Of a DNA stretch of 64,000 nt, positions 26,099-35,458 are shown one piece after another. Source of the stretch: Dehalococcoidia bacterium (GTDB lineage: Bacteria; Chloroflexota; Dehalococcoidia; SM23-28-2; RBG-16-64-32). The stretch covers positions 46,829-110,828 of the forward strand of contig DATKDX010000057.1 of the NCBI GenBank assembly GCA_035512435.1, given 5' to 3'. Under the pieces are notes generated by a model. The model saw only the letters and a list, made by a program, of their open reading frames with translations. It made no database searches and was not told where the DNA came from. The position numbers and the translations under genes are program-made. Every line of letters begins with the position of its first letter. Position 1 is the first letter of the stretch.

Positions 26099-27241
26099 CT
26101 ACAGCAACACCATGTTGTTGCGGTGCAATACCTCGCTACCGTAGTGGTGCCCCAACACCTCCTCGATGCGGTCCGAGCGGATTCCGCGGATGCGCAGGAT
26201 CTCCTCCGAGCTATAGTTCGTGATGCCGCAGGCGATACGCGCTCCGTTCCCGTCGACGATGGCCACGGTCTCCCCGCGCTGGAACGACCCCTCGACTTCC
26301 TTGACGCCGGCCGGCAGCAGACTTGTCTTGCGCTCCCGCAGCACTTTCGCCGCCCCGTCATCGACGACAATATCGCCCTTTACGGAGAGGGCGGCCAGCA
26401 TCCAGCGCTTGCGACTCTCCATGCGGTCGACGCCGGCTGGGAAGTAGGTGCCGCCGGACTCGCCGTTCGCCAGTCGCATCAGCATGCCGGCTTCGTGACC
26501 AGAGGCGATCACGACGTCGGTGCCGCCGCCAGTGGCCAGGCGTGCCGCCTGGATCTTGGTGATCATTCCGCCGACGCCGAGCCCCGAGGTCCCGCCGGCC
26601 AGCGCCTCGATCTCCGCGTCGATGCGCTCCACGCGCGGGATCAGTGCGGCGTTCGGGCTGGTCCGAGGATCCGCCGTGTGCAGACCGCCGATGTCGGTCA
26701 GGATGGCAAGCAGATCGGCGTCGATCAGATTGGCTACGAAGGCGGAGAGGTTATCGTTGTCGCCGATCTTCGCTCCCTCGATCTCCTCGACGGCCACGAC
26801 GTCGTTCTCGTTGACGATTGGGATGATGCGCAGCTCCAGCATTGCCAGCAGCGTATTGCGCGCATTCAGGTAACCGACGCGGTCCGCGAGGTCGCGGCGG
26901 GTCAGCAACGTCTGAGCAATGGCGATGTCGTGAGGCGCGAAGAGTGACTGATACGTCTGCATCAGGTCGCTCTGGCCGACCGCCGCCAGCACCTGGCGGA
27001 AGGGGATGTCCTTGCGGTCCTTCTGGTGCCCCAGCAGGCCCAGCCGGTGGCGCCCCGTGGCGATCGCCCCCGACGTCACCACGATGACCTCCGCGCCTGC
27101 ACGGTGCAGCTCTGCCACCTGGCTGACAAGCGATGCCATAAGCTCCAGATCAAGACGGTCGCTGCCCGCGGTCAGCACGTTGGTGCCGAATTTGGCCACG
27201 ATACGCCGATATTTCAGGGGCTGCGCGCTGCCGTCTGACAT
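26099..27241 (-). CDS. proB: glutamate 5-kinase with PUA domain
   Basis: start at MSDGSAQPLKYRRIVAKFGTNVL (longer ORF to 27541 is an upstream extension); amino-acid kinase fold plus C-terminal PUA. Confidence 0.9.
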   Translation of the reverse strand: MSDGSAQPLKYRRIVAKFGTNVLTAGSDRLDLELMASLVSQVAELHRAGAEVIVVTSGAIATGRHRLGLLGHQKDRKDIPFRQVLAAVGQSDLMQTYQSLFAPHDIAIAQTLLTRRDLADRVGYLNARNTLLAMLELRIIPIVNENDVVAVEEIEGAKIGDNDNLSAFVANLIDADLLAILTDIGGLHTADPRTSPNAALIPRVERIDAEIEALAGGTSGLGVGGMITKIQAARLATGGGTDVVIASGHEAGMLMRLANGESGGTYFPAGVDRMESRKRWMLAALSVKGDIVVDDGAAKVLRERKTSLLPAGVKEVEGSFQRGETVAIVDGNGARIACGITNYSSEEILRIRGIRSDRIEEVLGHHYGSEVLHRNNMVLL

Positions 27242-27256
27242 GGGAAAAGTCACCTT

Positions 27257-28063
27257 GTGAAGAATTGTACGTGCCAAGCTACCCGTGATACAGTCCGCAT
27301 CGTGAATCAAAAGCAGGGTGCATTCGCTTCTGCAGCGGTGGTCGCCGGTCTGATCGTGGCCATACTGGCTGCGCTCTCGGCCGGCACCGCTCCGACTTCC
27401 GCACAGGAAGACGATGCCCCCGTCCTCACCTTCAGCAATCCGGCCCAGGGCGTCACCATCAGGGAGCCTGCCTTCTTCATCCAGATGTGCTTCGAGGAAC
27501 CGGTAAACATCCTGGACCTCGACAAGGGCGGCGACTTCCACTTCTCCCTCACCCCGCCGGAGACCTTTCCACTGGGACTGCGAATCGTGTTCCAGCCAGA
27601 CGGCCAGGGCCTGGCGATCTACGCCAACAACGCCGACGCCGACGTGACCGAAGGCGAATGGAACCTGGAGTACCGCCTGACCGCGCCCGAGACCCTGACG
27701 CCGCTGGAAGGCACGCTAACCTGGACCGTCGACCCTGACGGCGAAGAGGTGCCGCAGGCTACGCCGCCGCCATGTATCGAGGGCGGCTTCACCGCCACCC
27801 CGGGCGCCGGCGACGGCCCGACGCCACCCCCCGTTATCACCACGCCCACCCCGGACGGCGACGACACGCCCAGCGTCACATCCGGTTCTGGTGAGGGTGA
27901 AGATGACGACGACGACGATCCCGACATCCTCCTGCTTGCGCTCCTCACTATCAGCGCGGCGGCGGCCGTCGGTGTCATCGCGCTAATCGCCTTCTTCGTC
28001 CGCCGCGGCGTCGGCTTCGAGCCCCACCGCCCCGGACCCGACGACGAACCCCCGCATCACTAG
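27257..28063 (+). CDS. hypothetical exported/membrane-anchored protein with acidic stretch and C-terminal TM helix
   Basis: N-terminal hydrophobic segment, Pro/Thr/Asp-rich region, poly-Asp (EDDDDDDPD), C-terminal LLLALLTISAAAAVGVIALIAFFVRRG. Confidence 0.45.
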   Translation: MKNCTCQATRDTVRIVNQKQGAFASAAVVAGLIVAILAALSAGTAPTSAQEDDAPVLTFSNPAQGVTIREPAFFIQMCFEEPVNILDLDKGGDFHFSLTPPETFPLGLRIVFQPDGQGLAIYANNADADVTEGEWNLEYRLTAPETLTPLEGTLTWTVDPDGEEVPQATPPPCIEGGFTATPGAGDGPTPPPVITTPTPDGDDTPSVTSGSGEGEDDDDDDPDILLLALLTISAAAAVGVIALIAFFVRRGVGFEPHRPGPDDEPPHH

Positions 28064-28096
28064 GAACCTGCGCCAGCGAACAACTTCCTGAAGTTG

Positions 28097-28573
28097 TTAC
28101 TGGCTGCGCGTCGGAGCGGCGTCGCGCTCCATCTCGTCAAGCTCTTTCTTCCAGCGCTGAAACAGCTTCAGACGCTCGTCGAGTTGCACTTCCATCTGGC
28201 GCATCTGCTCGATCTTCTGCTTGACGATCGTGTACTGAGCTTCGGTGACTTCCGTGGCGCGGTTCAGCTGGCGCCGCTTGTCGGCGATCGCCGCCGCCGG
28301 ATCGAACTGAGCACGCAGTTCGCGCAGCACCTCGTCGGCGTCGACCATCTCCTTGATGCCCGCTAGGCTCACCCCCAGCAGGTCCTGCAGGCGGCGGATG
28401 TGCTTCACCCGTTTGACGTCCTCCTCGGAGTAGAGCCGGAAGCCGCCTTCCATGCGCTCGGGCGGGCGCAGCAGCCCCTTCTCCTCGTAAAAGCGGAGAG
28501 TACGCTGCGTTACTCCAGTACGCTCGGCGACCTCGCCGATCTGCAACTGGTCGCCCTGCTTTTCATTCGCCAA
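28097..28573 (-). CDS. MerR family transcriptional regulator
   Basis: TTG start with AGGAGA RBS; N-terminal LQIGEVAERTGVTQRTLRFYEEKGLL HTH; long coiled-coil C-terminus. Confidence 0.8.
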   Translation of the reverse strand: MANEKQGDQLQIGEVAERTGVTQRTLRFYEEKGLLRPPERMEGGFRLYSEEDVKRVKHIRRLQDLLGVSLAGIKEMVDADEVLRELRAQFDPAAAIADKRRQLNRATEVTEAQYTIVKQKIEQMRQMEVQLDERLKLFQRWKKELDEMERDAAPTRSQ

Positions 28574-28608
28574 AGATGTCTCCTAGGGAGGGGGAATATG
28601 CTGGCCGG

Positions 28609-28638
28609 AGTATATTTGCGCCTTAACGCCAACGTCAA
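28609..28638 (-). promoter_or_regulatory. putative MerR-type promoter (TTGACG-18 nt-TATACT) with imperfect palindrome TTGACGTTGGCGTTAA overlapping -35/spacer
   Basis: seen in sequence on minus strand ~35 nt upstream of merR RBS. Confidence 0.3.
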
Positions 28639-28777
28639 GGTTATAGTGTCGCTCGCTCGTCAGGAATCAACTGCACCACATCCGTGCTGATCAGCCCTCG
28701 TCAAGCGGGGGAATGGGACCCCCCGATTTTTCCAAACAAATTCCGTATCTAAAACCCCGGGCGTCTCTATCTGATGC

Positions 28778-29509
28778 TCAGTCGTCCCAGTCGTCGTCAT
28801 CGTCGTCATCGTCGTAGCCCGACGATTGCAGAGGCAGTAGCGGCTCACGCTTCTCCTCCTTGGCCTTGCTGCGCGCCGGCAGGCCGGTGATGCGCTCCTT
28901 CAGCGCTCCAACGCTGCCCGCGTCGTCGATGACGACACCTGCCGCGCCGGAATCGCGTATCAGACGCAGCGACACGCCGTCGATATCAGCCGGGACAGCC
29001 ACAAGCAGCGCCGTGTGCGCGAGCACCGAGACCCGGCGCACGGCCAGCAACCGTTCAACTGTCAGCGGCAACTCCGGCGCCGAAATCAGCAGCGCGTCGA
29101 GGCCCAGGTCCCCGATCAAGCGCAGCGTTGTGTCGTCAGCGTCCTCTGCGACTGCCAGCACCCGGCCGACCTTCTCCTCAAGAAGGCCCGCAGCCGGCGC
29201 CGCAGCTCCGGGGACGACGATGAAGTCGACGCCGGACTTCCGCAGCTCTCGTGCGGCTTCCTGGTCAAACTCACCGGAGACGCCAACGACCGCGCCATCG
29301 GCTTTGTCGAGGCCCTTCAGCTTGGCCGCCTCCTCGACGATGACGATGTCGGCGCCGTTAGAGGCGGCCTCTGCGGCCTTGCCGCCATCGGCCAGCCGCA
29401 CGACGCAGAGGAGCGTCGCCGGCTTCTCGCGGGTGGCGACAGCGGCGAAGCCCATCGGCGCGGGTTCTGTTTTACCGATCTTGCGGATCTTGTCGGATAG
29501 CTTGCTCAT
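28778..29509 (-). CDS. hypothetical protein with poly-Asp C-terminus
   Basis: ORF, start at MSKLSDKIRKIG; ends YDDDDDDDDWDD; upstream of merR on same strand. Confidence 0.4.
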   Translation of the reverse strand: MSKLSDKIRKIGKTEPAPMGFAAVATREKPATLLCVVRLADGGKAAEAASNGADIVIVEEAAKLKGLDKADGAVVGVSGEFDQEAARELRKSGVDFIVVPGAAAPAAGLLEEKVGRVLAVAEDADDTTLRLIGDLGLDALLISAPELPLTVERLLAVRRVSVLAHTALLVAVPADIDGVSLRLIRDSGAAGVVIDDAGSVGALKERITGLPARSKAKEEKREPLLPLQSSGYDDDDDDDDWDD

Positions 29510-29606
29510 GAGTGCTCCGGTTCCAGGGGGCGTGTGGATTGCCATCAATTATGCATGATGCAGCCTCCCCGCTGAACGGATACCATGCCGTGACAAGGAG
29601 GTCCGC

Positions 29607-30368
29607 ATGCCAGAGGGAAGACTGAAGGACAAGACGGCGCTCGTCACAGGGGCGGGTTCAGGCATCGGCAAAGCCATCTCGGTTACGTTCGGCCGCGAGG
29701 GCGCCAACGTCGTCGCCTCTGACATCAACGAAGAGGCCGCCAGAGCCACCGCCGCCCAGATCGAAGACGCCGGTGGCAGCGCCCGCGCCATCCGCACCGA
29801 CACTACCAGCGAAGAGGACGTGAAGGCCGCCATTCAATCGACCGCCGACGCCTACGGCGGACTCGACATCATGGTCAACAACGCGGGCATCGGCGGCCCT
29901 CAATACACCTGGGAGCAGATCATCTCCGTCAACGAGCGCGGGGTCTATTACGGTTGCCTGCACGCCTTCGCGCAGATGCAAACTCAGAGGCGCGGCGGCG
30001 CCATCGTCAACATGGCCTCGATGATGGGTCTGACCGGCTGGATCACGCCCTTCGGCCCCGGCGGCGCGGGGTACGCCTACCACGCTTCGAAGCACGCCGT
30101 CATCGGCCTCACGCGCCAGTTCGGGCTGGACGGCGCGCCGCACAACATCCGCGTCAACGCCATCTGCCCCGGCTGGATCGAGACGCCTCTCCTGGCCCCG
30201 ATCAAGATGTCGGGCGAGCTAACGCGCTCACTCGTCGAAGGCACGCCGATGAACCGGCTCGGCCAGCCGGAAGAGATCGCCAAAGCCGCGCTCTTCCTGG
30301 CCAGCGACGACTCCTCGTTCATGACGTCGACGTACCTGGTGGTCGACGGAGGCTGGACCGCGCGCTAG
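29607..30368 (+). CDS. SDR family oxidoreductase (3-oxoacyl-ACP reductase-like)
   Basis: TGAGSGIGKA, NNAG, YxxxK motifs. Confidence 0.85.
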   Translation: MPEGRLKDKTALVTGAGSGIGKAISVTFGREGANVVASDINEEAARATAAQIEDAGGSARAIRTDTTSEEDVKAAIQSTADAYGGLDIMVNNAGIGGPQYTWEQIISVNERGVYYGCLHAFAQMQTQRRGGAIVNMASMMGLTGWITPFGPGGAGYAYHASKHAVIGLTRQFGLDGAPHNIRVNAICPGWIETPLLAPIKMSGELTRSLVEGTPMNRLGQPEEIAKAALFLASDDSSFMTSTYLVVDGGWTAR

Positions 30369-30395
30369 AGGATCCGGCTGAGGAACGAACGATGC

Positions 30396-31931
30396 TTGAC
30401 CGCCGCCGCATATTGCGCATATGTTGACGCCCGCATGGCGAATTATCCAGTGATCGTCGGCGCGGGCCAGTTCACCAACCACGCGCAGAGCCTTGATGGC
30501 GCGCTCGAACCGCTCGAGTTGATGGCTCGTGCCGCCCGCTCCGCCGACGAAGACGCCGGCGGGGGGCTGCTGGCCGCGCTCGACTCCCTACAGGTAGTTA
30601 ACATCCTTGGCTGGCCATACCCGGATGCGCCGGGCCTGCTCTCGGAGCGTCTGGGCGCATCACCGGCCCAGAAGGTGTATACGGCGGTCGGCGGTGAGAC
30701 GCCGCAGCGCCTCGTCAACGAGACAGCCGAAGCCATCGTCAGGGGCGAGACGCGGTTGGCGTTGATCGCCGGGGCGGAGGCCATGAACTCGCGACGGCTG
30801 GCGCGCAGGGCCGACGTCCACCTGCCCTGGCCCATCCGTGGGAACCCCGAGCACGTCGTCGGCGACACCCGCCCCGGATTCTCGGACATCGAGGCACGGC
30901 ACGGCACCGTCGCTCCGGTGCGGGTTTACCCGCTGTTTGAAAACGCCATCCGCGCGAACGCCGCGCGGACGGTGGACGAGCACCAGGCGCACCTCGGTCG
31001 CCTCTGCGCAGCGTTCACCGCTGTCGCCGCGAAGAACCCTTACGCCTGGTTCCCGCAGGAGCGATCGCCCGACGAACTAACCGAAGTCAACGCTGGCAAC
31101 CGCTGGGTCTGCTTCCCCTATCCCAAGCGCATGAACGCGATCATGGAAGTCGACCAGGGCGCCGCGTTGATCATGACGGGCAGCGAGACCGCGCGGGAAC
31201 TGGGCATCCCGGAAGAGAAATGGGTCTACGTCCGCGGCTGCGGCCAGGCCAACGACAAGTGGCTCGTCAGCGACCGCGTCAACTACCACACATCGCCCGC
31301 GATCCGCGCCGCAATCAGCCGCGCGCTGGACCAGGCCGGCCTCACCGTCGACGACATCGACATGTTCGATATCTACTCTTGCTTCCCGGCGGCGGTGCAA
31401 CTGGGTGCCGACGCCCTCGGCATTAGCACGGACGACCCACGTGGGCTGACGCTGACGGGCGGCCTGCCGTACTTCGGCGGCCCGGGCAACAACTACGTCT
31501 CTCACTCGATCGCGGCCGCCGTCGAGCGCCTGCGTGCCGAGCCAGAGAAGAAGGCCCTGCTCACCGGCCTCGGCTGGTTCTCCACCAAGCACTCCGCCGG
31601 CGTCTACTCCAGCACACCGCCCACGGGCAAATGGGTCCGCACAGACCCGAAAGAGGACCAGGAGACGATCGAAGTGATGGAATCGCCGTCGGTCGTCGAC
31701 GCGGCGGACGGCAAAGCCACGATCGAGACTTATACGGTGGCCTTCGGCCGCGAAGGTGAGCCGGAGACCGGCATCGTCATCGGGCGGCTGGCGGACGGCA
31801 CACGCTTCTGGGCCAACACTCCATCTGATACCGACCTCATGCTCGCTATGACTCGCGAGGAGTTCGTCGGCCGAGACGGGACCGTGGCCCACGACGCCGC
31901 CACGCAGCGCAACATATTCACCCCGAGATAA
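30396..31931 (+). CDS. thiolase-like (SCP-x/lipid-transfer type) protein fused to C-terminal OB-fold (DUF35-like) domain
   Basis: thiolase-fold length and motifs lacking classic Cys-His-Cys spacing of biosynthetic thiolases; C-terminal ~110 aa resemble the OB-fold partner normally encoded separately; alternative start at 30435 (MANYPVIVGAGQ). Confidence 0.65.
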   Translation: MTAAAYCAYVDARMANYPVIVGAGQFTNHAQSLDGALEPLELMARAARSADEDAGGGLLAALDSLQVVNILGWPYPDAPGLLSERLGASPAQKVYTAVGGETPQRLVNETAEAIVRGETRLALIAGAEAMNSRRLARRADVHLPWPIRGNPEHVVGDTRPGFSDIEARHGTVAPVRVYPLFENAIRANAARTVDEHQAHLGRLCAAFTAVAAKNPYAWFPQERSPDELTEVNAGNRWVCFPYPKRMNAIMEVDQGAALIMTGSETARELGIPEEKWVYVRGCGQANDKWLVSDRVNYHTSPAIRAAISRALDQAGLTVDDIDMFDIYSCFPAAVQLGADALGISTDDPRGLTLTGGLPYFGGPGNNYVSHSIAAAVERLRAEPEKKALLTGLGWFSTKHSAGVYSSTPPTGKWVRTDPKEDQETIEVMESPSVVDAADGKATIETYTVAFGREGEPETGIVIGRLADGTRFWANTPSDTDLMLAMTREEFVGRDGTVAHDAATQRNIFTPR

Positions 31932-31933
31932 CG

Positions 31934-32302
31934 ATGGCAGACGAAGCGGCCGTCCACGCAGCGCTCATCGAACTATTCGGCGTCGCCAACGCGCCGCTGA
32001 CGCTGCCGCAACGCGTCCAGCGTAGCGCCCCAGTGCTGAACCGCATCGGCATGACCATCGAGCAGCTCATCGACACGATCCGGCAGCCGGATCTCAGCTG
32101 GAACGCCGAGCGGGCGAAAGCGCTGGGTGTTACGCCGGCCGTCTGGCAGGACGCGCTGACTGCGGCCGGCCTCGAGGCCGTCTACGACCTGGCGATGCTG
32201 CTTGATGTAATGCACCGCGCGGAAGCGGCCTCGGCAATGCTGCGGGCCGGGTACGTGCCATCTACAGACGTCGAGGGCAAGCTAAACTGGGTGCGTGCTT
32301 GA
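31934..32302 (+). CDS. hypothetical protein
   Basis: 122-aa ORF, no family recognised. Confidence 0.4.
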   Translation: MADEAAVHAALIELFGVANAPLTLPQRVQRSAPVLNRIGMTIEQLIDTIRQPDLSWNAERAKALGVTPAVWQDALTAAGLEAVYDLAMLLDVMHRAEAASAMLRAGYVPSTDVEGKLNWVRA

Positions 32303-32401
32303 CCATCCCTCACACAGGTTTGACGCGATTTGTTACGCTAGTCTATATTCGATTCCCGGACGTGCCCCACGTCCAAACTAGGCAAAGAGGTGTGATTCAA
32401 C

Positions 32402-32521
32402 GTGACAAACCAGGTCGGTAAGCGATACATGTGCGGCAAGTGCGGCACCGAGATGATCGTCACCAAGGGTGGCGAAGGCGAACTCGCCTGTTGCGGCGAG
32501 ACCATGCAGCAGAAGCAATAG
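32402..32521 (+). CDS. desulforedoxin-like small metal-binding protein (39 aa, CxxC…CC)
   Basis: GTG start 9 nt after AAGAGGTG RBS; VTNQVGKRYMCGKCGTEMIVTKGGEGELACCGETMQQKQ; Cys spacing C-x2-C-x15-CC identical to Desulfovibrio desulforedoxin; not in ORF track (too short). Confidence 0.6.
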   Translation: MTNQVGKRYMCGKCGTEMIVTKGGEGELACCGETMQQKQ

Positions 32522-32536
32522 GCGGGAGGGACTACA

Positions 32537-32680
32537 TTGGCTAACCAGCTAGGCAAGCGATTCCAGTGCGAGACCTGCAACACGGAAGTGCTCTGCATCA
32601 AGGCCGGCGACGGCGAGATTGCGTGCTGCAGCAAGGCGATGGAGCTCATGCAGCCGAAGGTCCTGCCCTCGGCAGACTAG
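32537..32680 (+). CDS. desulforedoxin-like small metal-binding protein, tandem paralog (47 aa)
   Basis: TTG start 6 nt after GGGAGGG; LANQLGKRFQCETCNTEVLCIKAGDGEIACCSKAMELMQPKVLPSAD; same C-x2-C-x15-CC spacing. Confidence 0.55.
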   Translation: MANQLGKRFQCETCNTEVLCIKAGDGEIACCSKAMELMQPKVLPSAD

Positions 32681-32908
32681 CGTCCGCCCCGTACGAGCCA
32701 AGTGCCGCTCGCCGTGGGCGGCTCTTTACAATTGGGACGGGAAACGTCGGGCCGCATCCGGATGTCGTATGTCCCACGCGCCCGCTCAACAACGTGCCGC
32801 GCCCCCTGGTGTTCCAAGCCCGTTGCCGTTGCCCTTGACCGTAAACGTTAATAAACCTACAATCCAGACTGATTTCCCATACATTGTATGGCCGAGGAGT
32901 GATTCTTT

Positions 32909-33100
32909 TTGCCCGAAGTGATCATCAACAACAGTGATAACTTTGACCAGGCCCTGAAGAAGTTCAATAAGCTCGTGCAGCAGACAGGCATCCTGGCTGA
33001 GGCGCGCCGGCGGGAGCACTACGAACCGCCCAGCGTCGTCCGCAAGAAAAAGGCCGCCGCCAAGCGCCGCAAGAGCATGAAGAACACCCAGCGCGGCTAG
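32909..33100 (+). CDS. rpsU: 30S ribosomal protein S21
   Basis: TTG start after GAGGAG RBS; MPEVIINNSDNFDQALKKFNKLVQQTGILAEARRREHYEPPSVVRKKKAAAKRRKS is canonical bS21. Confidence 0.85.
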   Translation: MPEVIINNSDNFDQALKKFNKLVQQTGILAEARRREHYEPPSVVRKKKAAAKRRKSMKNTQRG

Positions 33101-33130
33101 GCCGCCGCGTCACGCACCCCCCTCTATCAA

Positions 33131-33586
33131 ATGTCGCTCAAGCAGCAGCTGTCGGACGACCTTACCGCTGCCATTCGCTCCGGAGATGAGACGCGCAAGT
33201 CTACGTTGCGCATGCTGATGACCGCGGTCAACACCCAGGAGGTCTCCGGCTCCGAGCGCAAAGAGCTGGACGACGCCGCAGTCACGCAGGTCATCGCCAA
33301 GCAGGTGAAGCAACGGCGCGAAAGCGCGGAGGAGTTCCGCAAGGCCGGCCGCGAGGACCTGGCCAGCAAAGAAGACGCCGAGATGGCCGTGCTGCAGGAA
33401 TACATGCCTGAGCAGGCCGGGCGCGAAGAGATCGAGGCGGAAGCCCGCAAGGCAATCGAAGAAGCGGGCTCCACGGGGCCGCAGGACAAGGGCAAGGTGA
33501 TGCAGATCATCATGCCGCGCCTCAGCGGTAAGGCAGAGGGCCGCGACATCAATGAAGTCGTGACCGAACTCCTGGCGTCTCTCTAG
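33131..33586 (+). CDS. GatB/YqeY domain-containing protein
   Basis: MSLKQQLSDDLTAAIRSGDETRKSTLRMLMTAVNTQEV… canonical YqeY; conserved position after rpsU. Confidence 0.8.
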   Translation: MSLKQQLSDDLTAAIRSGDETRKSTLRMLMTAVNTQEVSGSERKELDDAAVTQVIAKQVKQRRESAEEFRKAGREDLASKEDAEMAVLQEYMPEQAGREEIEAEARKAIEEAGSTGPQDKGKVMQIIMPRLSGKAEGRDINEVVTELLASL

Positions 33587-33673
33587 AAACGGGCGGCCAC
33601 ATTGCAGCGTTGTAGTGGTGCTGGCTCTGGTATCATGAGCTAGCCTGACACAATTGCACAGGCGAATACTCTA

Positions 33674-35335
33674 ATGACAGCCTTACGCAAGGCAAACCCG
33701 ACTATCACTGCCCTTCAGGCGCTCGGAATGGCGGTCGCCATCGCCGTGGCGCTGACCGTTGTGCTCGTCCCAGTGCTTCCGGGCGAAACGCCGCTAGAAG
33801 CGGGCGATCCCGCATTCAAGGATTTCGCGGCGGGCGGCATCACCATCGTCGAAGAGGGCCAGATCGTCGAAGAAGCCGACCTCGACCGCATCAAGGCGGC
33901 CGGCTTGCTGGATAACGACATCGGCTTCGCGGAGGTGTTTAGCGCAATGCTGGTGGCCGCGCTGGCCGGCGGCTTCACAGGGCTCTATCTCTGGCTATTT
34001 CAGCCGCGCGAGGTCAACACGAACCGGCGGCTAGTCATGTACGGCCTGCTGGTCGTGCTCTGGGTGGCGGGCGCGAAGGTATTCTTCTCGCAGGCGCTGC
34101 CCGACAACGACCGCCTCTTCCTGGGCTACATGCTGCCGATCGCGGCGGCGCCGATGCTCATCGCCACCCTCCTCGATGCCGGCCTGGCCCTCTTCACGGC
34201 AGCCCTTCTGGCGATCGTCTGCGCATATGCCGGCTTTTATATGCCAGACGCACGCCAGTCGCTCTCCACAGAGCCGGTGCTGCCTCTGCAGATGGTGGCG
34301 ACACTTTTCCTGGCCAGCATCGCCGGCGTCTTCGCCGTGCACAAGGCGGAGCGAATCAACACCTACGCGACCGCGGGCGCGGGCGTCGGCGTAATGACGT
34401 TCGTTTCGCTCTTCGCCTTCTGGCTCCTCCTACCCGAACGCGAGGGCGTGGACATCGCCTGGATGTTGATGGCGGGCGTCGTGGCCGGCGTCGGCTCCGT
34501 TGTGATTACCCTCGGCGGCGCCTACGTTCTTGGAGGCACCTTCGGCGTTGCAACGCGGATCCAGTTAATGGAGCTAGCTCAGCTTAGCCACCCGCTCCTG
34601 CGGGAGCTGCAAGAGAAGGCACCGGGGACCTTCCACCACTCCGTCATCGTCGGCAATTTGGCGGAGCGCGCGGCCGACCTCACCGGAGCAGACGCGCTGC
34701 TCGTGCGGGTCGGCTGCTACTTCCATGACATCGGCAAGATCGCCAAGCCGACGTACTACATCGAGAACCAGATGGGCGCCGATAACCCGCACGACCGCAT
34801 GTCCCCTGCCGATAGCGCGAAGATGGTCGCCGAACACGTGCGGGCCGGCCTGCGTATTACCGGCAAGTACCGCATCCCGTCGAGAGTGCGAGCGTTCATC
34901 CCGGAGCACCACGGCACGCGACTGGTCACGTATTTCTACCGCAAGGCCGCGCTCGAGAACCCGAACACCGACCCGGAGAAGTTCCGCTACCCCGGCCCCA
35001 AACCACAGAGCAAAGAGACCGCGATGGTCATGCTCGCCGACTCCGTCGAGGCCGTCGTGCGCTCCAGCAAGGACCGCTCACACGAACGCATCGATGAGCT
35101 GGTGGACGGCGTTATCCGGGAGCGCTTCAACGAGGGTCAGCTGGACGACTCCGATCTGACAATGCGAGACCTCAAGGTGATCGCGGAATCGTTCAAGGCC
35201 ACTTTGCGCGGCATCTACCACGAACGCATCGAATATCCGGCCCCGACGAAGGCTGAGCAGGACGCAACGGCCGCGGGAAGTGTCGCATTCTTGAAACCAC
35301 CTTCCGATCCCATGGAAGTCCCTCCGGCCTCATAG
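33674..35335 (+). CDS. 7TM receptor with intracellular HD hydrolase (PgpH/YqfF-like HD phosphohydrolase)
   Basis: multi-TM N-region followed by HD domain (HHSVIVGNLAERAA…YFHDIGKIAKPTYYIENQ). Confidence 0.8.
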   Translation: MTALRKANPTITALQALGMAVAIAVALTVVLVPVLPGETPLEAGDPAFKDFAAGGITIVEEGQIVEEADLDRIKAAGLLDNDIGFAEVFSAMLVAALAGGFTGLYLWLFQPREVNTNRRLVMYGLLVVLWVAGAKVFFSQALPDNDRLFLGYMLPIAAAPMLIATLLDAGLALFTAALLAIVCAYAGFYMPDARQSLSTEPVLPLQMVATLFLASIAGVFAVHKAERINTYATAGAGVGVMTFVSLFAFWLLLPEREGVDIAWMLMAGVVAGVGSVVITLGGAYVLGGTFGVATRIQLMELAQLSHPLLRELQEKAPGTFHHSVIVGNLAERAADLTGADALLVRVGCYFHDIGKIAKPTYYIENQMGADNPHDRMSPADSAKMVAEHVRAGLRITGKYRIPSRVRAFIPEHHGTRLVTYFYRKAALENPNTDPEKFRYPGPKPQSKETAMVMLADSVEAVVRSSKDRSHERIDELVDGVIRERFNEGQLDDSDLTMRDLKVIAESFKATLRGIYHERIEYPAPTKAEQDATAAGSVAFLKPPSDPMEVPPAS

Positions 35336-35458
35336 TTCGTATCAGCGTAACGATGACGCCTGTGTACCCGGCCTTGACCATGACCTGACGCGTTGTGGTT
35401 TACTAGGGCCGAGCCCCAGCGCTCATGACGTGCTAGCGAACGAAAGGAGACGTGTCCT

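Noticed and set aside
26099-27541. 480-aa version of proB with a 100-aa N-terminal extension
   Set aside because: Glutamate 5-kinase homology starts at MSDGSAQPLKYRRIVAKFG (27241). The upstream extension is non-homologous and overlaps the next gene region.
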